From NCBI GenBank assembly GCA_964016885.1, contig OZ024742.1, forward strand, positions 234,298,001-234,362,000: 64,000 bases of DNA, read 5' to 3'. This document shows positions 41,684 through 56,039 of this stretch, piece after piece. The position numbers and the translations under genes were made by a program. Within the stretch, counting starts at the first letter, position 1, and the number at the start of each line of letters is the position of its first letter. The DNA is from Eledone cirrhosa. Lineage: Eukaryota. The notes beneath the pieces are model-generated. The model was not told the DNA's origin. It did not search any database and saw only the letters and a list, made by a program, of their open reading frames with translations.

Positions 41684-42063
41684 ACAAATTACATAAACAT
41701 CTCAACTGTGATGGATAATATGACAGACAGAGGAAGAAATGATAAAAAACAACTAATGTAGTAATTGTTTCTACTTTTGGCACAAGGCCAGCAATTATCT
41801 CAGTACATTACTGGTACTTTATTTTATCAACCCCGTAAGGATGAACGGCAAAGTTAACCTCAGATCAGAAGTTCAAATCCTGCCGAGGTTAACTTTGCCT
41901 TTCATCCTTACGGGGTCAATAAAATAAAGTACCAGTAATGCACTGGAATAATTGCTGGCCTTGTACCAAAAATAGAAACAATTATTACATTAGTTGTTTT
42001 TTTACCATTTCTTCCTCTGTCTGTCATATTATCCATCATAGTTGAGATGTTTATGTAATTTGT
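41684..42063. repeat. Fold-back inverted duplication with about 178-bp arms and a 23-nt spacer
   Basis: 41684-41861 matches the reverse complement of 41885-42063; each arm is a SINE 3' half plus about 80 bp of non-SINE flank. Confidence 0.9.
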
Positions 42064-42085
42064 TGAGATAATACTTGAATTGATG

Positions 42086-42400
42086 TGGGTGCAGCATAGC
42101 TGAATGGTTAAGGAGTTGACTTCAGAATCATTAGGTCCTAGATTCAATCCTACTGCATAGCATCTTGGACAAGTGTCACTTACTATAGCTTCAGATCAAC
42201 CCATGTCTTGTGAATGAAATTGGGTAAACGGAAGCTGTTTGGAAGCCCGTTTGATGGATTGTACCTGTAATTCAAAGAGCCGGCCATGTCAATGAATCTG
42301 CTTGAGAATTTCACTATAGGTACACGTGAGTGTGGAATGCTCTGCCACTTAGACGTTTATTTCATGAGCAGGCTTTTTTGTTGTTAGACCAACTGGAACC
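42086..42400 (+). mobile_element. SINE family 3 (tRNA head plus CORE-like cttggacaagtgtcactt); related pieces at about 8665-8850 and 54620-54735
   Basis: A/B-box-like head and CORE-like motif. Confidence 0.65.
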
Positions 42401-43637
42401 TATAGGTGTTTGTGCTATTGTGCCAATCTGAAAAATTACTATATTTTATTATCATGAAAAGTGGTGGGTGGAGTAGAAAAAAATATCTTTTGTCTTCTAT
42501 AGCAGTAACTACTTTCTTCATCCTTAAACTAGAATTTTAATTTTACCATGAACTTACCTGTCCCTTATATACTAATTATGTCTTTGTCAACAATAGTCTT
42601 TTACTGGTTTCATATGACTATACTGGGACACTGCCTTCAAGTGTTTTACTCGATCATATCAACCCCAATATGTATTTCAGGCTAGTTTATATATTAGTGA
42701 TCTATATTTGTCAAACCATTAAGTTTCGGGATAAAAAGGAACAACATTGGTTTTTAGACTAGTGTAAACCTAAACACAGACATGAACACTTAAGATGTGT
42801 GAGTTGTTTATAAAGTATTTGCAAAATAAAAAAAAATTCATGCTTAATTGAAAGAGATATTCACAATTGACAGTAAAAAAACGATTTAGCAGAAAATATT
42901 AAAAATCAGGGTTTGTTAATCCAAATGTTTATAGTATCTTTACTAGTGGATAGATTGTTGCGAAGATTAGCAGAAAACTAAAGTAATGACTTTAATTTCT
43001 AACGTGATGTTGTCATAATGCTGTTTTACACTTTCTTGTTCAACTATCAGCTTCCTGTCCTGTTCATGAGAATGAGGACATCAGTTGATGCTGTTAACAC
43101 CAAACTATTTTAGAAAACAGTTTAGGAAGGTTGAGCACAGAATTAACAAAACAGCAGTTGTGATTTGAAAAAAAAATGTTTTCGTTAAAGAATTTACGTA
43201 GGTGTGATTGGGACTCCTGCCACACCTTGCCACTAACCCTAGCTTTTGATATGTAATATATTCCGAGATATGGAGAGACACAAGAAATAAATGAAAAGAG
43301 CAAATTCTTAAAAGGAGTCAAACTCAAGGATATGTTTTCTTTCATCAATAGTCATTTATTGATTATTGATTTGTCTGCTATAAAGATACATTGCAGAAAT
43401 CAATATACTGTTGTGTCAAGGATGCAAGGAAACAGAGCCAAGAATGGTCTTTAATGAAATTTTTCTTAAAGGAAATTCTTTGAGTGAGCATGTATGTGTG
43501 TGTGTGTGGGTGGAGATTTTGGTTATTTTTGAAATTTGCTTTTTGGTAGACTTGTTAGATAAAAATAGGATTGGTTAGAATTTTAGATAAAATAGGAGAG
43601 TAACAAAATATTTCGCCATAAGAATTCTTCAAACATA

Positions 43638-44320
43638 ATTGTTTCTACTTTTTGACACAAGGCCAGCAAGTATCCAGTGCATTACTGGTACTTTATTTTA
43701 TTGACCCCGTAAGGATGAAAGGCAAAGTTAACCTCGGCGGGATTTGAACTCAGAATGGCAAGGACCGTAACTCTATTCGTCAAAGCATGGCGTCCTACCC
43801 TCTACCGATACTGCTAATCACCCCCCTAAAACTATTAGAGTTCCCATGCCGGGAATCGAACCCGGGCCGCCTGGATGAAAGCCAGGAATCCTAACCACTA
43901 GACCACATGCGATAATGAAACCAAATGATGATGATGATCATAATAATTGTAATGATTTCTAACAAAACACAAGGACTTAAATTGTGGGATGTGTAGTCAG
44001 TGTTATTAACTTCTATTCTAAAAATTTGATTTGTACTTATTTTATCGATCATGAAAAGATAAAAGGCAAAGTTGACCTTGGTGGGATTTGAACTCAGAAC
44101 ATGGAAAGTCATAACTAAGTGTTGCAAAACATTTTGTCTGACACTCTGCCGATTCTGCCATCCACTGCACGATCTGAGTTCAAATCCTGCCGAGGTTAAC
44201 TTTGACTTTCATCCTTATGGGGTCGATAAAATAAAGTATCAGTCATGCACTGAGGTCGATTTTAATCGACTTTCCCCTCCCCCAAATTGCTGACCTTGTG
44301 CCTATAGTAGAAACCAATAT
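43638..44320. mobile_element. SINE family 1 copies flanking the tRNA (- 43638-43825; - 43950-44168; + 44170-44320)
   Basis: Same consensus. Confidence 0.85.
43841..43912 (-). tRNA. tRNA-Glu (anticodon TTC), possibly a slightly defective copy
   Basis: Reverse complement TCGCATGTGGTCTAGTGGTTAGGATTCCTGGCTTTCATCCAGGCGGCCCGGGTTCGATTCCCGGCATGGGAA: 72 nt, cloverleaf, A and B boxes, TTTT about 10 nt downstream, one G-G mismatch in the acceptor stem. Confidence 0.85.
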
Positions 44321-44439
44321 TATTGTTACTGTAAATAATATCATGTTTAAATGTTTATTCAGAATAAATAAGTATTGTGGTTAGATAAATCAGTAACACT
44401 CCTCTAAAATGTTGAGACACATGCACACACAAATGTATG

Positions 44440-47400
44440 CTAATTACTACCATCCTTGCGATACATTGAGACACATACACACACAAACACTCACATATTA
44501 ATTATTACCAACCACCAAAGGTTTTGTGATACATTGACACACAAACACACACATATATTACTACCAACCACCAAAGGTTTTGTGATACATTGACACACAA
44601 ACACACACATATATTACTACCAACCACCAAAGGTTTTGTGATACATTGACACACAAACACACACATATATTATTACCAACCACCAAAGGTTTTGTGATAC
44701 ATTGACACACACAAACACACATATATTACTTCCAACCACGAAAGGTTTTGTGATACATTGACACACACAAACACACATATATTACTACCAACTATGAAAG
44801 GTTTTGTGATACATTGACACACACAAACACACATATATTACTACCAACCACGAAAGGTTTTGTGATACATTGACACACACAAATACACACAAATATTACT
44901 ACCAACCACCAAAGGTTTTGTGATACATTGACACACAAACACACACATATATTACTACCAACCACCAAAGGTTTTGTGAGACATTGACTCACACAAACAC
45001 ACACATATATTACTTCCAACCACCAAAGGTTTTGTGATACATTGACACACACAAACACACATATTACTACCAACCACCAAAGGTTTTGTGATACATTGAC
45101 ACACACAAACACACACATATATTACTACCAACCACCAAAGGTTTTGTGATACATTGACACACAAACACACACATATTACTACCAACCACCAAAGGTTTTG
45201 TGATACATTGACACACACAAACACACATATATTACTACCAACCACCAAAGGTTTTGTGATACATTGACACACACAAACACACATATATTACTTCCAACCA
45301 CCAAAGGTTTTGTGATACATTGACACACAAACACACACATATATTACTACCAACCACAAAAAGTTTTGTGAGACATTGACTCACACAAACACACACATAT
45401 ATTACTTCCAACCACCAAAGGTTTTGTGATACATTGACACACACAAACACACACATATATTACTTCCAACCACGAAAAGTTTTGTGAGACATTGACTCAC
45501 ACAAACACACACATATATTACTTCCAACCACCAAAGGTTTTGTGATACATTGACACACACAAACACATATATTACTACCAACCACCAAAGGTTTTGTGAT
45601 ACATTGACACACACAAACACACACATATTACTACCAACCACGAAAGGTTTTGTGATACATTGACACACAAACACACATATATTACTACCAACCACGAAAG
45701 ATTTTGTGATACATTGACACACACAAACACACATATATTGCTACCAACCACCAAAGGTTTTGTGATACATTGACACACAAACACACAAATATTACTACCA
45801 ACCACCAAAGGTTTTGTGATACATTGACACACACAAACACACATATATTACTTCCAACCACGAAAAGTTTTGTGAGACATTGACTCATACAAACACACAC
45901 ATATATTACTTCCAACCACCAAAGGTTTTGTGATACATTGACACACACAAACACATATATTACTACCAACCACGAAAGGTTTTGTGATACATTGACACAC
46001 ACAAACACACACATATTACTACCAACCACGAAAGGTTTTGTGATACATTGACACACAAACACACATATATTACTACCAACCACGAAAGGTTTTGTGATAC
46101 ATTGACACACACAAACACACACATATTACTACCAACCACGAAAGGTTTTGTGAGACATTGACTCACACAAACACACACATATATTACTTCCAACCACCAA
46201 AGGTTTTGTGATACATTGACACACACAAACACACACATATTACTTCCAACCACCAAAGGTTTTGTGATACATTGACACACACAAACACACATATATTACT
46301 ACCAACCACCAAAGGTTTTGTGATACATTGACACACAAACACACACATATATTACTACCAACCACGAAAGGTTTTGTGATACATTGACACACACAAACAC
46401 ACACATATATTACTACCAACCACCAAAGGTTTTGTGATACATTGACACACAAACACACACATATATTACTACCAACCACGAAAAGTTTTGTGAGACATTG
46501 ACTCACACAAACACACACATATATTACTTCCAACCACCAAAGGTTTTGTGATACATTGACACACACAAACACACACATATTACTTCCAACCACCAAAGGT
46601 TTTGTGATACATTGACACACACAAACACACATATATTACTTCCAACCACCAAAGGTTTTGTGATACATTGACACACACAAACACACATATATTACTTCCA
46701 ACCACCAAAGGTTTTGTGAGACATTGACTCACACAAACACACACATATATTACTTCCAACCACCAAAGGTTTTGTGATACATTGACACACACAAACACAC
46801 ACATATTACTTCCAACCACCAAAGGTTTTGTGATACATTGACACACACAAACACACATATATTACTACCAACCACGAAAGGTTTTGTGATACATTGACAC
46901 ACACAAACACACACATATTACTACCAACCACGAAAGGTTTTGTGATACATTGACACACAAACACACACATATATTACTACCAAACACCAGAAGGTTTTGT
47001 GATACATTGACACACACAAACACACACAAATATTACTACCAACCACCAAAGGTTTTGTGATACATTGACACACACAAACACACATATATTACTTCCAACC
47101 ACCAAAGGTTTTGTGATACATTGACACACACAAACACACATATTACTACCAACCACCAAAGGTTTTGTGATACATTGACACACACAAACACACACATATA
47201 TTACTACCAACCACCAAAGGTTTTGTGATACATTGACACATAAACACACACATATATTACTACCAACCACCAAAGGTTTTGTGATACATTGACACACACA
47301 AACACACATATATTACTACCAACCACCAAAGGTTTTGTGATACATTGACACACACAAACACACATATATTACTTCTAACCACCAAAGGTTTTGTGATACA

Positions 47401-50400
47401 TTGACACACAAACACACACATATATTACTACCAACCACAAAAAGTTTTGTGAGACATTGACTCACACAAACACACACATATATTACTTCCAACCACCAAA
47501 GGTTTTGTGATACATTGACACACACAAACACACACATATATTACTTCCAACCACGAAAAGTTTTGTGAGACATTGACTCACACAAACACACACATATATT
47601 ACTTCCAACCACCAAAGGTTTTGTGATACATTGACACACACAAACACATATATTACTACCAACCACCAAAGGTTTTGTGATACATTGACACACACAAACA
47701 CACACATATTACTACCAACCACGAAAGGTTTTGTGATACATTGACACACAAACACACATATATTACTACCAACCACGAAAGATTTTGTGATACATTGACA
47801 CACACAAACACACACATATATTGCTACCAACCACCAAAGGTTTTGTGATACATTGACACACAAACACACTAATATTACTACCAACCACCAAAGGTTTTGT
47901 GATACATTGACACACACAAACACACATATATTACTTCCAACCACGAAAAGTTTTGTGAGACATTGACTCACACAAACACACACATATATTACTTCCAACC
48001 ACCAAAGGTTTTGTGATACATTGACACACACAAACACATATATTACTACCAACCACGAAAGGTTTTGTGATACATTGACACACACAAACACACACATATT
48101 ACTACCAACCACCAAAGGTTTTGTGATACATTGACACACAAACACACATATATTACTACCAACCACGAAAGGTTTTGTGATACATTGACACACACAAACA
48201 CACACATATTACTACCAACCACGAAAGGTTTTGTGAGACATTGACTCACACAAACACACACATATATTACTTCCAACCACCAAAGGTTTTGTGATACATT
48301 GACACACACAAACACACACATATTACTTCCAACCACCAAAGGTTTTGTGATACATTGACACACACAAACACACATATATTACTACCAACCACCAAAGGTT
48401 TTGTGATACATTGACACACACAAACACACACATATTACTACCAACCACGAAAGGTTTTGTGATACATTGACACACAAACACACACATATATTACTACCAA
48501 CCACCAAAGGTTTTGTGATACATTGACACACACAAACACACACATATATTACTACCAACCACCAAAGGTTTTGTGATACATTGACACACAAACACACACA
48601 TATATTACTACCAACCACGAAAAGTTTTGTGAGACATTGACTCACACAAACACACACATATATTACTTCCAACCACCAAAGGTTTTGTGATACATTGACA
48701 CACACAAACACACACATATTACTTCCAACCACCAAAGGTTTTGTGATACATTGACACACACAAACACACATATATTACTTCCAACCACCAAAGGTTTTGT
48801 GATACATTGACACACACAAACACACACATATATTACTTCCAACCACCAAAGGTTTTGTGATACATTGACACACACAAACACACATATATTACTTCCAACC
48901 ACCAAAGGTTTTGTGATACATTGACACACACAAACACACACATATTACTTCCAACCACCAAAGGTTTTGTGATACATTGACACACACAAATTACTACCAA
49001 CCACCAAAGGTTTTGTGATACATTGACACACACAAACACACATATATTACTACCAACCACGAAAGCTTTTGTGATACATTGACACACAAACACACACATA
49101 TATTACTACCAACCACCAAAGATTTTGTGAGACATTGACACACACAAAAACGCACATATATTACTACCAATCACCAAAGGTTTTGTGATACATTGACACA
49201 CACAAACACACATATATTACTACCAACCACCAAAGGTTTTGTGATACATTGACACACACAAATATTACTACCAACCACCAAAGGTTTTGTGATACATTGA
49301 CACACACAAACACACACATATATTACTTCCAACCACGAAAAGTTTTGTGAGACATTGACTCACACAAACACACACATATATTACTTCCAACCACCAAAGG
49401 TTTTGTGATACATTGACACACACAAACACATATATTACTACCAACCACCAAAGGTTTTGTGATACATTGACACACACAAACACACACATATTACTACCAA
49501 CCACGAAAGGTTTTGTGATACATTGACACACAAACACACATATATTACTACCAACCACGAAAGATTTTGTGATACATTGACACACACAAACACACACATA
49601 TATTGCTACCAACCACCAAAGGTTTTGTGATACATTGACACACAAACACACTAATATTACTACCAACCACCAAAGGTTTTGTGATACATTGACACACACA
49701 AACACACATATATTACTTCCAACCACGAAAAGTTTTGTGAGACATTGACTCACACAAACACACACATATATTACTTCCAACCACCAAAGGTTTTGTGATA
49801 CATTGACACACACAAACACATATATTACTACCAACCACGAAAGGTTTTGTGATACATTGACACACACAAACACACACATATTACTACCAACCACCAAAGG
49901 TTTTGTGATACATTGACACACAAACACACATATATTACTACCAACCACGAAAGGTTTTGTGATACATTGACACACACAAACACACACATATTACTACCAA
50001 CCACGAAAGGTTTTGTGAGACATTGACTCACACAAACACACACATATATTACTTCCAACCACCAAAGGTTTTGTGATACATTGACACACACAAACACACA
50101 CATATTACTTCCAACCACCAAAGGTTTTGTGATACATTGACACACACAAACACACATATATTACTACCAACCACCAAAGGTTTTGTGATACATTGACACA
50201 CACAAACACACACATATTACTACCAACCACGAAAGGTTTTGTGATACATTGACACACAAACACACACATATATTACTACCAACCACCAAAGGTTTTGTGA
50301 TACATTGACACACACAAACACACACATATATTACTACCAACCACCAAAGGTTTTGTGATACATTGACACACAAACACACACATATATTACTACCAACCAC

Positions 50401-51870
50401 GAAAAGTTTTGTGAGACATTGACTCACACAAACACACACATATATTACTTCCAACCACCAAAGGTTTTGTGATACATTGACACACACAAACACACACATA
50501 TTACTTCCAACCACCAAAGGTTTTGTGATACATTGACACACACAAACACACATATATTACTTCCAACCACCAAAGGTTTTGTGATACATTGACACACACA
50601 AACACACACATATATTACTTCCAACCACCAAAGGTTTTGTGATACATTGACACACACAAACACACATATATTACTTCCAACCACCAAAGGTTTTGTGATA
50701 CATTGACACACACAAACACACACATATTACTTCCAACCACCAAAGGTTTTGTGATACATTGACACACACAAATTACTACCAACCACCAAAGGTTTTGTGA
50801 TACATTGACACACACAAACACACATATATTACTACCAACCACGAAAGCTTTTGTGATACATTGACACACAAACACACACATATATTACTACCAACCACCA
50901 AAGATTTTGTGAGACATTGACACACACAAAAACGCACATATATTACTACCAATCACCAAAGGTTTTGTGATACATTGACACACACAAACACACATATATT
51001 ACTACCAACCACCAAAGGTTTTGTGATACATTGACACACACAAATATTACTACCAACCACCAAAGGTTTTGTGATACATTGACACACACAAACACACAAA
51101 TATTACTACTAACCACCAAAGGTTTTGTGATACATTGACACACACAAACACACACATATATTACTACCAACCACCAAAGGTTTTGTGATACATTGACACA
51201 CACAAACACACACATATATTACTACCAACCACCAAAGGTTTTGTGATACATTGACACACACAAACACACATATATTACTTCCAACCACCAAAGGTTTTGT
51301 GATACATTGACACACACAAACACACACATATATTACTTCCAACCACCAAAGGTTTTGTGATACATTGACACACACAAACACACATATATTACTACCAACC
51401 ACCAAAGGTTTTGTGAGACATTGACACACACAAACACACATATATTACTACCAACCACCAAAGGTTTTGTGAGACATTGACACACACAAACACACATATA
51501 TTACTACCAACCACCAAAGGTTTTGTGATACATTGACACACACAAACACACATATATTACTACCAACCACCAAAGGTTTTGTGATACATTGACACACACA
51601 AACACACATATATTACTTCCAACCACCAAAGGTTTTGTGATACATTGACACACACAAACACACATATATTACTACCAACCACCAAAGGTTTTGTGATACA
51701 TTGACACACACAAACACACATATATTACTACCAACCACCAAAGGTTTTGTGAGACATTGACACACACAAAAACGCACATATATTACTACCAACCACCAAA
51801 GGTTTTGTGATACATTGAGACATACACATACACAAACACTCACACACATACACAAACACTCGCATATATC
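44440..51870. repeat. Tandem satellite, unit about 57-63 bp (tattactaccaaccaccaaaggttttgtgatacattgacacacacaaacacacacata), roughly 120 copies
   Basis: Directly visible; length variation is in the CA/TA tract; degenerate units at both ends. Confidence 0.97.
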
Positions 51871-52391
51871 ATTTACTATTATCCACTAAATAAAAAAAGG
51901 AAAAGAAAATATTTTAATAATAATTCTGTTCAATAAATCCTGTAGCATGTCAGCAGTAACCTAGCTTATACTGTTTCTGATTTTATCTCCAACTGCAGGC
52001 AATATGGATTGAACCTTAAATAAAGCTAGGAATGCTGGTGTAACTATCGTTATAAATATCTACTAATAACCATTTTAATAAAAATTAATAAAATGATTAT
52101 AATTTGATAATACAAGGCTGTTGCCATTTCATGTGATAATTTGTTCATAAACATTTTTTTTTTTCCTTTTTAATCTGTTTAACTTAACTATATTTCGTGC
52201 TGTAGTGGATTATATCATGACAGGTAGCTGGCCAGACTAAGGTAGATTGAGTCACGTAAGCACATAGATCTGAAATGAAACTTGACTTAACAAGTTAAAA
52301 CTTTTGATACCAAAACTGTTCGAAACTCCCACTGGTTTTATGATACGAAATTGTTTTAAAATGTTTATATTTATCTAAAACTCTTCCATCA

Positions 52392-54061
52392 TCTATATAT
52401 AATATAAAAGAGATGTTTGTTGGTTAGTTTCTTCGTGCATCACACAAAAATGGAAACTGACAATCGAAAAGTAAGTACAGCAATGGAATAAGAGTATACA
52501 TATGGAGGTTTATTCATACTAATTTTATAAAATCAAGGAAGAAAAACATCTCGGGTATGCTAACCAACCTGATTGCTATTTCTAGCAGGTTGGGAATCAA
52601 CCATAAGGGATTCTTTCTGCAGTTCCGCTGTCAGTGATGATCGTGTTTTGCAGCCAGTATCTCCGATTCGAATGCTGGTTTACAAGCACACACGCACACA
52701 TTTATATACAATTATCTATATCTATATCTTCCGCCTCCACCCGCTTTCCTGTCGCCACAGTGCCGGCCACATTCCACGCCATGCTGCCCCCAACGAGGTC
52801 ATTAAGCATGGCTTGGACGCTGCAGGCTTCCCTTCCCAGCTCGAGCCGGTGGGGCTGGATCGAGGGGACGGCAAAAGGCCAGATGGTACGACTATCTTCC
52901 CGTTCCGCGGTGGCAAACCCCTCGTCTGGGATGCCACTTGCACCGACACTTTCTGCAGCCGTAACCTGGTGCAGTCTGCGACTGACCCAGGTTCTGCTGC
53001 ACGTCGGGCCGAGGGGGCCAAACTCCTCAAATACCGGTCGCTCTCCGACAGGTTTGCGGTCGTACCCCTGGCAGTGTAGACTTCTGGTGTCCTCGGCCCC
53101 AGGGCTACCTCCTTACTCACCACCATAGGCTCTGAGCTGGCCAGCCGCAAGTGTGAGCCCCGCGAGTTGGAGTGGCTCTTCCAGCGCGTCTCCCTCGCCG
53201 TCCTTCGGGGAAACGTCTTCTCCATTCTGTCCGCCGGGGCTGTGGGTGGACCCATCGCTAACCGTTGTAGTTGTTGTAGAAGAAACAGGAAGACAACAAC
53301 TGAAAAGTTTGATTTTTTTACATCTCTTTACATTCCGAAACAACAGTTATTAAATATGCAGTAAATAGATATGACATTAATTCAACAGGAAAACACAGCC
53401 CCTGCTGAGTAGAACTGATAATATATACATAAGTTGTCTTGAAAGTTATTTCTTAATTCCATTAAATATTCAATCTTGGTCGGAATAAATATTTTCATCT
53501 GTGACGATCTGTACAACCAATAAAAAAAAAAAAAAAAAAAAAAGGAACTCCCATCATCCTTTTGAAAAACGAGGACCAACCACCTCTGTGCCATAACACA
53601 TGCTTTACAGCCAGGCAGAAGATGAACCATCTCCTAGAGGCCACTATTCTTGGAGGCAATCATCAAGGAGAAAATGCATTTATTCCCAAGATTCCTCTTA
53701 TCCCTTCCTCTACCAAGTTGCCATTCAAATTCTCAAGACTTTAGTTCCCTGTTAGAGCCAGTTTTCCTATGACCATAAATAAAGCTTAGGCTCAGTTTCA
53801 AAGTTGTAGGATTGAATACAAGAGAGTCACTTTTTACCCATGGATAGCTATATGTAGGTTGTTCATTAGTAGGAACACCTAGAAATCTTCAAATACTATA
53901 CACAAACATTAAAACGAAGAATTTGGTGTATCTGGAAGATTTTTTTTACTGTTTTTTGTTTTGTCACACACACTACAGACAACACATCCAATACAGTCGT
54001 TTTCTTTTCTACCTGTCTTCTCTTATCTGTTTTCCTAAGCAAAGCTGTGTACGCCAGCTAG
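52392..54061 (+). mobile_element. Putative non-autonomous Helitron (composite)
   Basis: A|TCTATATATAATATAAAAG 5' end; 3' end cctaagcaaagctgtgtacgccagCTAG|T resembles a decayed version of the 4116-4143 terminus. Confidence 0.5.
52730..53265 (+). pseudogene. Restriction-like endonuclease (RLE) C-terminal fragment of a site-specific non-LTR retrotransposon (CRE/R2-group like)
   Basis: HPLSC..GHIPRHAAPN, LEPVGLDRGDGKRPDG, LVWDATCTDT, AEGAKLLKY, PLAV*TSGVLGP and LFQRVSLAVLRGN; one in-frame TAG at 53077-53079; GC-rich island. Confidence 0.85.
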
Positions 54062-55162
54062 TAATTTTATATAAGAACTTCTGTTAAGTTATTTTCAAAA
54101 CACCAACTTAAATATATAACTATATATTACTAAATCGTCCGAAATCTTGATTATTTTAAAATTTATTTGAAAAACAGTAATATTTGATTAGAAATATGGA
54201 AATGAAATAGTTAAAGAAACACCTGTGAATTATGCACTCACGTTCCTGCTGCTAACAGTATTAAGCTGGATCTACATATGGTGCCTGTTTACAGATAGGG
54301 GAACTAAGCTAATAACAAGGGAAATAGGTTAATAACAGACCAATGACTTGACTATGGACACTATAAAGATTGCAAGACAACATTTGAACTGTCTACTTGG
54401 TTCATCAGGAGACCAGCTCTTTATTGATTTTTAAAATTATTAAAAAAATTATCTGGTTAACGTTGTTGTTTCATCTGAAGTTAGCCCTGTTCAAGCAGAC
54501 ATATTCTTAAACATTCAGCTAATAATACCGTTAGATATTACTGAATATAATTATAGTTAGAATATGTAATACATATAGATAATAATAGTTAGTTCGATAA
54601 AATACTTTCAGATATTGTTGACTGAATGGTTAAGAAGTTCACTTTACAATTATGGGTTTCTGAGTTCAATCCCACTCATGGCATCTTGGGAAAGTGTATT
54701 TTACCATAATTTAACCGAAGCCTTGTAAGTGATATTAGGTTTTAAATTGTTATTGAAATAACTTGAATTTATTTTTTAATTGAAGTAGACAAATGTGAAA
54801 TACCTACCAAATTTGGTGTCATATAAAACACAAATTTCCTCCACCCATTGACTTGAAAAATATCATCTTGGTATTATATGTGAAGTTGAAGTATCTGTTT
54901 GGCTAATGCTTTTTAAAAAAAATATTCCCTGCTGAAATGCCCAGTGTAGGTGGGGATATTCCATATGCCATCAAATACGGTAGTATATCTGCCAAACTAA
55001 AACAAATAATAAAGTGGGGAAATCTCAAGGACATAACTGTTCTATATCAATGCCTGTTACAGGTGTACTATTTATAATACAAGGTCATAGAAAGCTTGTA
55101 ATTTCATCTAAGCTAAGCTACAACTTACTGCGCATATATATATATATATATATATACAATAT

Positions 55163-55198
<36 letters not shown>

Positions 55199-55402
55199 AA
55201 TATACACACACATACATATATATATATACAATAAATGGGGGAGAAGAAAAAAAACACGTTCGCCACATTAGTAGAAAAACTTTAAAAAAGTTAACAAAGA
55301 AAGACAAGACAACAAATGGAAACAAAACAAAACGAAAAACAATTTTTTAAAAGGAAACCTTAAAAAATATAAAAAAAATAAATATACAAACGTATATATA
55401 AG

Positions 55403-55464
<62 letters not shown>

Positions 55465-55522
55465 TGTATATATATATATACAATATTAAATAAATGGAAA
55501 ACTATATTTATAAAACCATATT

Positions 55523-55588
55523 TATTTCATTATATATATTTCGGGGATATCATATTAACAATATGCTATGCCTTCATCAGACAAAATA
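55523..55588 (-). ncRNA. Hammerhead ribozyme motif family D, inverted copy
   Basis: Reverse complement of 55725-55790, in the left arm of the palindrome 55518-55795. Confidence 0.65.
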
Positions 55589-55724
55589 CAATATAAACAG
55601 TTTTATAGATAAATATATTCGACATACCGTAATAAACATCAACTTCTAGCGTAAACCTCTTCAAATGAAGTTGATGTTTATTACGGTATGTCGAATATAT
55701 TTATCTATAAAACTGTTTATATTG

Positions 55725-55790
55725 TATTTTGTCTGATGAAGGCATAGCATATTGTTAATATGATATCCCCGAAATATATATAATGAAATA
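55725..55790 (+). ncRNA. Hammerhead ribozyme motif (family D)
   Basis: tattttgt CTGATGA, long stem II (catatt/aatatg), GAAA tatata TA | atgaaata; A/C mismatch at 10.1/11.1. Confidence 0.65.
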
Positions 55791-55974
55791 AATATAGTTT
55801 TCCATTTATTTAATATTGTAAATATACTCCAAATATTTGTCGAGTGCTTTTATATCAGTTATAAATATTTACTAGTTGTAACCCAACAATTTTAAATATA
55901 ACTTTACATATATATATATATATATATATATCATGATATTAAATAAATGGAAACTATATTTATAAAACCATATT

Positions 55975-56039
55975 TATTTTATTATATATATTTCAAGGGC
56001 AACCAAGCAAACCTTGGTGCGCTTTCATCAGATAAAATA
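55975..56039 (-). ncRNA. Hammerhead ribozyme (family D variant with different stem II)
   Basis: Reverse complement tattttat CTGATGA aag-cgcaccaag-gtttg-cttggttgc-c-ctt GAAA tatata TA | ataaaata; perfect 8-bp stem I. Confidence 0.75.

Larger units (their letters stand above)
55518..55795. repeat. Perfect palindrome: 129-bp arms, 20-nt loop
   Basis: 55518-55646 is the reverse complement of 55667-55795; homology extends to 55479/55820 across an indel. Confidence 0.92.

Noticed and set aside
44440-51870. CRISPR-like array, or Cys/Val-rich repeat protein ORFs on the minus strand
   Set aside because: No unique spacers and no cas genes; unit length changes in 2-nt steps and breaks the frame constantly. 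It is a plain satellite.
52634-53364. Overlapping ORFs in other frames and on the minus strand of the GC-rich island
   Set aside because: Shadow ORFs caused by high GC; only the 52573 frame carries recognisable RLE motifs
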